The notes under the pieces were generated by a model that ran no database searches, had not been told where the DNA came from, and was given only the letters and a program-made list of their open reading frames with translations. Both the position numbers and the translations under genes were made by a program. From assembly GCA_034226945.1 (NCBI GenBank), contig CP120464.1, positions 558,001-622,000 on the forward strand: a stretch of DNA of 64,000 nt. Direction: 5' to 3'. Position 1 is the first letter of the stretch. Every line of letters begins with the position of its first letter. This DNA is from Picochlorum sp. SENEW3 (Eukaryota). Of the stretch, positions 60,112-64,000 are shown one piece after another.

Positions 60112-63100
60112 ATGGAAAAAGGGTTCGTTAATCAAGGTCCTATCGTCGCAACATCGACGCCTGGAGGGGAGGCTCCCCACATGGAGTGTGATGACCCAAC
60201 AGGGTCCAGACCTAAAGGAGACCACAGGAAAGAGGCAAAATTCAGGACTGAAAAGTTAGGTCTGTATAGAAAAACACGGGGAAAACAGAGTAAATACGCG
60301 CAAGAAGTGAGGAAGGTGATAAAACCTGGATCTCTGGGCGGGTATCAAGATCACAACCGAAAGAACAAGGGACAGTGGAAGGGTATTGCTCGCACATCCA
60401 GAATCAAAGAGCTTCTGTATGACACGGCCACGATGGTGGGCCACATATCCGTCGAAGCCACCCAAGCTGCTCATTACCACGTGTACCGATGCCTCGAGGA
60501 AGGTATTGATCTGGGGAAGATGGATTACAACAACTTTTGGAACTACATCTTTGATGCCATCAAAGACCTCAGGTATGGGGACGGCCTCAAACAGGACATC
60601 AGGACACCCCTGTACGACTCGCTCCGACAGTATGCAGAAGAGGCTCTACTACCTCAGGCAGGCGAGTCTCTGAGATGGGACGTCGACGGTCACACGGCCT
60701 GGCGTCGGCGTTGCCTCCTCGCTGCGGCGGATGCAAAGGCTCAGAATTTGCACATTATTCTGCACCACAATGCGTATCACAACCTTTGCAAGATTGTCAA
60801 GGTTCGGCTTGCACGCACCTTTGGGGCACGGTATGCGGATGACTTTCGTTCTTTGGTGTCTGCCGTTGCCGTCGCTGTGTGGGAGGACGTGGAGTTCCGT
60901 GATGTAAAGGAAGGGTACGACAGATTGAAGAATCTAACCGAGGAAGAGATCCAAGACATCCAGGAGGCGATCGTCACCCCTATTCGGGAGAAATTCCCGG
61001 ATCAGGAAGGCCGAAAGGAAAATGCCAAGATGATAGAATTCGTGCACTTCGTTGCGGGCGAGGTGATGGAATACAACCGCCATCGTTCTGAGCAGTCCGG
61101 CCCGGGGAGCCCACGGCAGGCCATCGAGTTAGTGAATGTGTGTGTGGGAGAAAAACTGGCGGTGGCCATCGAGCGAGATTTGAGGAAAGGATCGCTCACC
61201 AAGAAGGCGTTTGTGCACCACATGAAACATGCGCTGGACATATTCCGACAGTGTTCTGGTCCAGACGTGTTTACCACCCGCACAGACCAGGGACTCCGGG
61301 ATGGGGACAACGGACAACGTGTCGTGGACCGAAACGACAGGTATCGGGGGCAAATTTTGTGCCTTCTGTCGGAGAGGATTCTGTACCAGAGTCAGAAGGG
61401 TGGTGCCGAATTCCTGAGCCAAGACCAAGTGGGTTGGATCGATGGCATCTCGTCTGAACTGCGCCTCCCTTCGTCCTTGGCCGACTACGGCATGACCAAG
61501 AATGATTTTGCCGACTATATGGAGAGGGTCATTCTGCCCAAGCTCCGCTCGTCGTTCTTGTTCGTTGCTCCGAGGAGAAGCAAAGATGCAGAGGCCCCAT
61601 GGGGAAAGCGAATCCAGGTGCCGTCCGTCCTCCCCCTGGCAAAGAAGAGGGCCTGTCATATCAGCATTCCGACTGCGGCTATCACCGGCCTCGCAGAGAG
61701 CCTGGCGCGGGAGAGTAGTGACATTGCTAAAGCGATACACGGCCCCCGGGAGACACTGCGCGAGGCACGGCAAAGGGTGACATCAGTCGAGTCGAGAATC
61801 GTGGGCATGGACAAAGAAAACTGGTTGACCGACGAGCAACAGAAGGTTAAACAGGAACTTGAAGATAATAAGAAAAAAAGCAAGCTCGAATTTGAGCAGA
61901 CCCCGACTGGAAAGCGGCACCAGTACAAGAAGTCTGACGAGGAAAAGAAGCTGTGCAAGGAATTGACAGACAGGAAGAACGCGTTATTGAATGGCAGCCA
62001 AGAGTACGTGGATGCTCGAGAAGAAGTGACAAAAGCCGAGTTGCGGTATCAAGAGTGTTGTTGGACGGCCCTGTTCAATATCAAAGTCAGCAGGTGCCAA
62101 GACGGACACCAGTGGCTGTTTGGAGGGCAGCTGTCCACGGACGGTGTCGACGTGTCGATGCAATATTATCGTCTGAAGACGGACGACGAAATTCGAGCCG
62201 ACGAGGAGGAAAAGGAAAGGATAAAGGCCAGGGCGGCGGAGAAGGCGACAGAGTCTTCGACAGCAAAGCCGAGGAAGCGAAAACGAACGAGTAGGGCGGG
62301 GCCAGGCACCCCGCAATCCTCGAATGTCTCCAGTCGAGGGAACCTGGACAGAGCAAAAGACCTGCTGGCCGCATCGCCCGACAACGCATGGGTCTTCGAT
62401 CCAGGGCCCGATGGCCACGTGGGCATCAAGCTGGAGCAGGGCAAGATGAGGGAGCTCTGCCAGGAGAACAAGCGACACGGGGACTACGACCCGTTCGAGA
62501 CGATGAGCCTGACCAACCACGAGATGCAATCGCGTGCGGGCATCCTCAAGCGAAAGGCGCTGGAACGGGCGTGGTCGCAGGCCAGGCCAGGCATCGGGGC
62601 ATGGAAACAGGAGGCACCCACCAGAAAGGTCGGAACAGCAAGGGATATGTTGGCGTTCTGCAGAACGACCAATAGCCACCTGAACACGGTGTATGGATTT
62701 TATTCCCAGAACTGTTTCCGGAGGCAAAGGTTCTCTGTGTACACGAGGACGCAACGAATGCTGGACTCCATGGTTGAACGGATCTGCGGGACGAAGGACA
62801 GGGAGGCTCAGAGCAAGACCGTCGTTGTGTTTGGGGACGCCTCGATCAACTCGGGGAAACACGGAAAACAGAGGATCTGCTTTCGGGCCCTCAAGGACCT
62901 GCTGCGGCAGAGGTGCTGTTTCATCGAGATTGGCGAGTTCCGAAGTAGCCAGTACTGCTGTGCCTGCCATGCCAAACTGGAGGACCCCCCCGCGGTGGGG
63001 CTTCACAAGCGCTGGAAAGTACGCCGTTGTATGAACAATGGATGTGAGCGTGCTTTCTGGCAACGAGACGTGAATGCAGCCATCAATCTCGCCAAGTTTT

Positions 63101-63186
63101 TCCTGTGGGAACTCAACGGCGAGGAGAAACCAACAGTCTTCCAAAGGCCTCGGACACGAGCAGAGGAGGACATCCCCGACGTGTGA
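60112..63186 (+). CDS. Fanzor1-like RNA-guided endonuclease (eukaryotic TnpB/Cas12 relative)
   Basis: RuvC-I WVFDPG (D763); bridge-helix-like FYSQNCFRRQRFSVYTRTQR; VVVFGDA; RuvC-II IGEFRSSQ (E942) directly before CCACH; CMNNGC; RuvC-III WQRDVNAAINL (D986); FGGQLSTDGVDVS; NLS-like KPRKRKR. Confidence 0.9.
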   Translation: MEKGFVNQGPIVATSTPGGEAPHMECDDPTGSRPKGDHRKEAKFRTEKLGLYRKTRGKQSKYAQEVRKVIKPGSLGGYQDHNRKNKGQWKGIARTSRIKELLYDTATMVGHISVEATQAAHYHVYRCLEEGIDLGKMDYNNFWNYIFDAIKDLRYGDGLKQDIRTPLYDSLRQYAEEALLPQAGESLRWDVDGHTAWRRRCLLAAADAKAQNLHIILHHNAYHNLCKIVKVRLARTFGARYADDFRSLVSAVAVAVWEDVEFRDVKEGYDRLKNLTEEEIQDIQEAIVTPIREKFPDQEGRKENAKMIEFVHFVAGEVMEYNRHRSEQSGPGSPRQAIELVNVCVGEKLAVAIERDLRKGSLTKKAFVHHMKHALDIFRQCSGPDVFTTRTDQGLRDGDNGQRVVDRNDRYRGQILCLLSERILYQSQKGGAEFLSQDQVGWIDGISSELRLPSSLADYGMTKNDFADYMERVILPKLRSSFLFVAPRRSKDAEAPWGKRIQVPSVLPLAKKRACHISIPTAAITGLAESLARESSDIAKAIHGPRETLREARQRVTSVESRIVGMDKENWLTDEQQKVKQELEDNKKKSKLEFEQTPTGKRHQYKKSDEEKKLCKELTDRKNALLNGSQEYVDAREEVTKAELRYQECCWTALFNIKVSRCQDGHQWLFGGQLSTDGVDVSMQYYRLKTDDEIRADEEEKERIKARAAEKATESSTAKPRKRKRTSRAGPGTPQSSNVSSRGNLDRAKDLLAASPDNAWVFDPGPDGHVGIKLEQGKMRELCQENKRHGDYDPFETMSLTNHEMQSRAGILKRKALERAWSQARPGIGAWKQEAPTRKVGTARDMLAFCRTTNSHLNTVYGFYSQNCFRRQRFSVYTRTQRMLDSMVERICGTKDREAQSKTVVVFGDASINSGKHGKQRICFRALKDLLRQRCCFIEIGEFRSSQYCCACHAKLEDPPAVGLHKRWKVRRCMNNGCERAFWQRDVNAAINLAKFFLWELNGEEKPTVFQRPRTRAEEDIPDV

Positions 63187-63262
63187 TACAACGGAAAACA
63201 CTACAGTCACATAGCTACATGCATATGATGTACAATATAAATACTATTATTACATTATATTT

Positions 63263-63398
63263 TCAATTTGACGTTGCTCTTGTGAGTCCCACTGACTGAT
63301 ATCGGAAGGACCATCAGGCAATCAATATCAATTTGTTATTGCTCCTGTGAGTCCCACTGACTGATATCGGAAGGACCATCTGGCATTCAATATCATTT
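63263..63398. repeat. 65-bp tandem repeat (2 copies plus the start of a third)
   Basis: 63263-63327 vs 63328-63392, 6 mismatches; identical 35-nt core TGTGAGTCCCACTGACTGATATCGGAAGGACCATC. Confidence 0.95.
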
Positions 63399-63811
63399 AT
63401 AGTTATATTTCTCATCCATTGGTATCGCATTGGAGTCGTGATCTGTCGTAGGGACTGATTTTGGAATCCCTCGACCCTAGGCAATCACAGCAAGGTACGG
63501 CATTGGGTTCTTTGATGGTGTGTATGGGTGCTATTTTAATAGTAATGAGAATAGATGGGAGCATTCTGCGATATGAGTGCTGCGTCAGGGTCAACCTCGA
63601 GTTCAGATCAATGACTGCAGCCACGATACGCCTTGTCGGCTCATGGGGGTATGGACATGGTTTTATATGGGATTTATAGTAAATGTATGGGGCGGATAGG
63701 GGCGCATTGTGTGTGATCGGTGCAATGAGCCGTCTTTGGGTTTGAATGTGATCTGTTCCGTTTTGTGCGCAGGCAGCTGTATTGTGCATTTAAATTTGGT
63801 TTATTAGATAT

Positions 63812-64000
63812 ATGAGTGATTTACATCCTCTTCAAGGGGAGGATGGTGGCGCAGTGAAGGTAGAGCCAGAGGTTGGTAGTGTAGTACAGGCAGAGCCTGA
63901 GGGTGCCCCCATGGATATTCCTGTAGAGCAAGAGGCTGTGCCTCTGTCGATTCGAACGAGTCGGCGGAGAAAGAGTCGACGGGATGATGAGATTGTGGGG
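63812..64000 (+). CDS. 5' end of an unidentified ORF running off the window
   Basis: ATG 63812, 63 open codons MSDLHPLQGEDGG...SIRTSRRRKSRRDDEIVG, including an NLS-like basic patch. Confidence 0.45.
   Translation, partial: MSDLHPLQGEDGGAVKVEPEVGSVVQAEPEGAPMDIPVEQEAVPLSIRTSRRRKSRRDDEIVG

Larger units (their letters stand above)
59075..63400 (+). mobile_element. Putative Fanzor-carrying transposon or insertion (ends not established; may extend beyond the window)
   Basis: Loss of lipase-like sequence near 59075, about 1 kb of non-coding DNA, a compositionally distinct nuclease ORF and a downstream tandem repeat. No TIR pair or TSD found in the window. Confidence 0.5.

Noticed and set aside
61984..63210. 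408-aa antisense ORF over the Fanzor C-terminus
   Set aside because: Expected shadow ORF in GC-rich coding DNA; no recognisable domain.
63263..63398. CRISPR array or hammerhead ribozyme reading of the tandem repeat
   Set aside because: Only two units, and the would-be spacers are homologous to each other. No CUGANGA...GAAA core on either strand.
59075..63810. Terminal inverted repeats or TSD bracketing the Fanzor
   Set aside because: Manual comparison of both flanks gave only scattered 6-8 bp matches in inconsistent order.

Overview
Very compact eukaryotic nuclear DNA with few short GT-AG introns and tiny intergenic gaps. It most resembles a trebouxiophyte green alga such as Picochlorum; this is an inference from plastid-targeted PII/UPP/BT1 genes and the gene density. 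Bases 1-59 kb hold about 35 mostly housekeeping genes (RPS29, ribokinase, eIF3c, NOC3, HSP70, PCCB, EXO1, ALG8, PII, NOP9, TIM21, profilin and others), three bZIP paralogues and several local duplication scars. An intron-containing tRNA-Ser(CGA) is nested antisense inside the eIF3c intron. The standout is at the right end: an intronless, GC/CpG-rich 1024-aa ORF (60112-63186) with a complete RuvC triad (D763/E942/D986), a zinc finger and Fanzor1-type motifs, i.e. a large eukaryotic TnpB-derived RNA-guided nuclease. It sits next to an apparently 5'-truncated lipase and is flanked by hairpin-rich non-coding DNA upstream and a 65-bp tandem duplication plus a nested stem-loop downstream, which are candidate omegaRNA or element-end sequences. 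Family assignments come from motif recognition by eye, not database searches. Spliced genes are given as overall spans.
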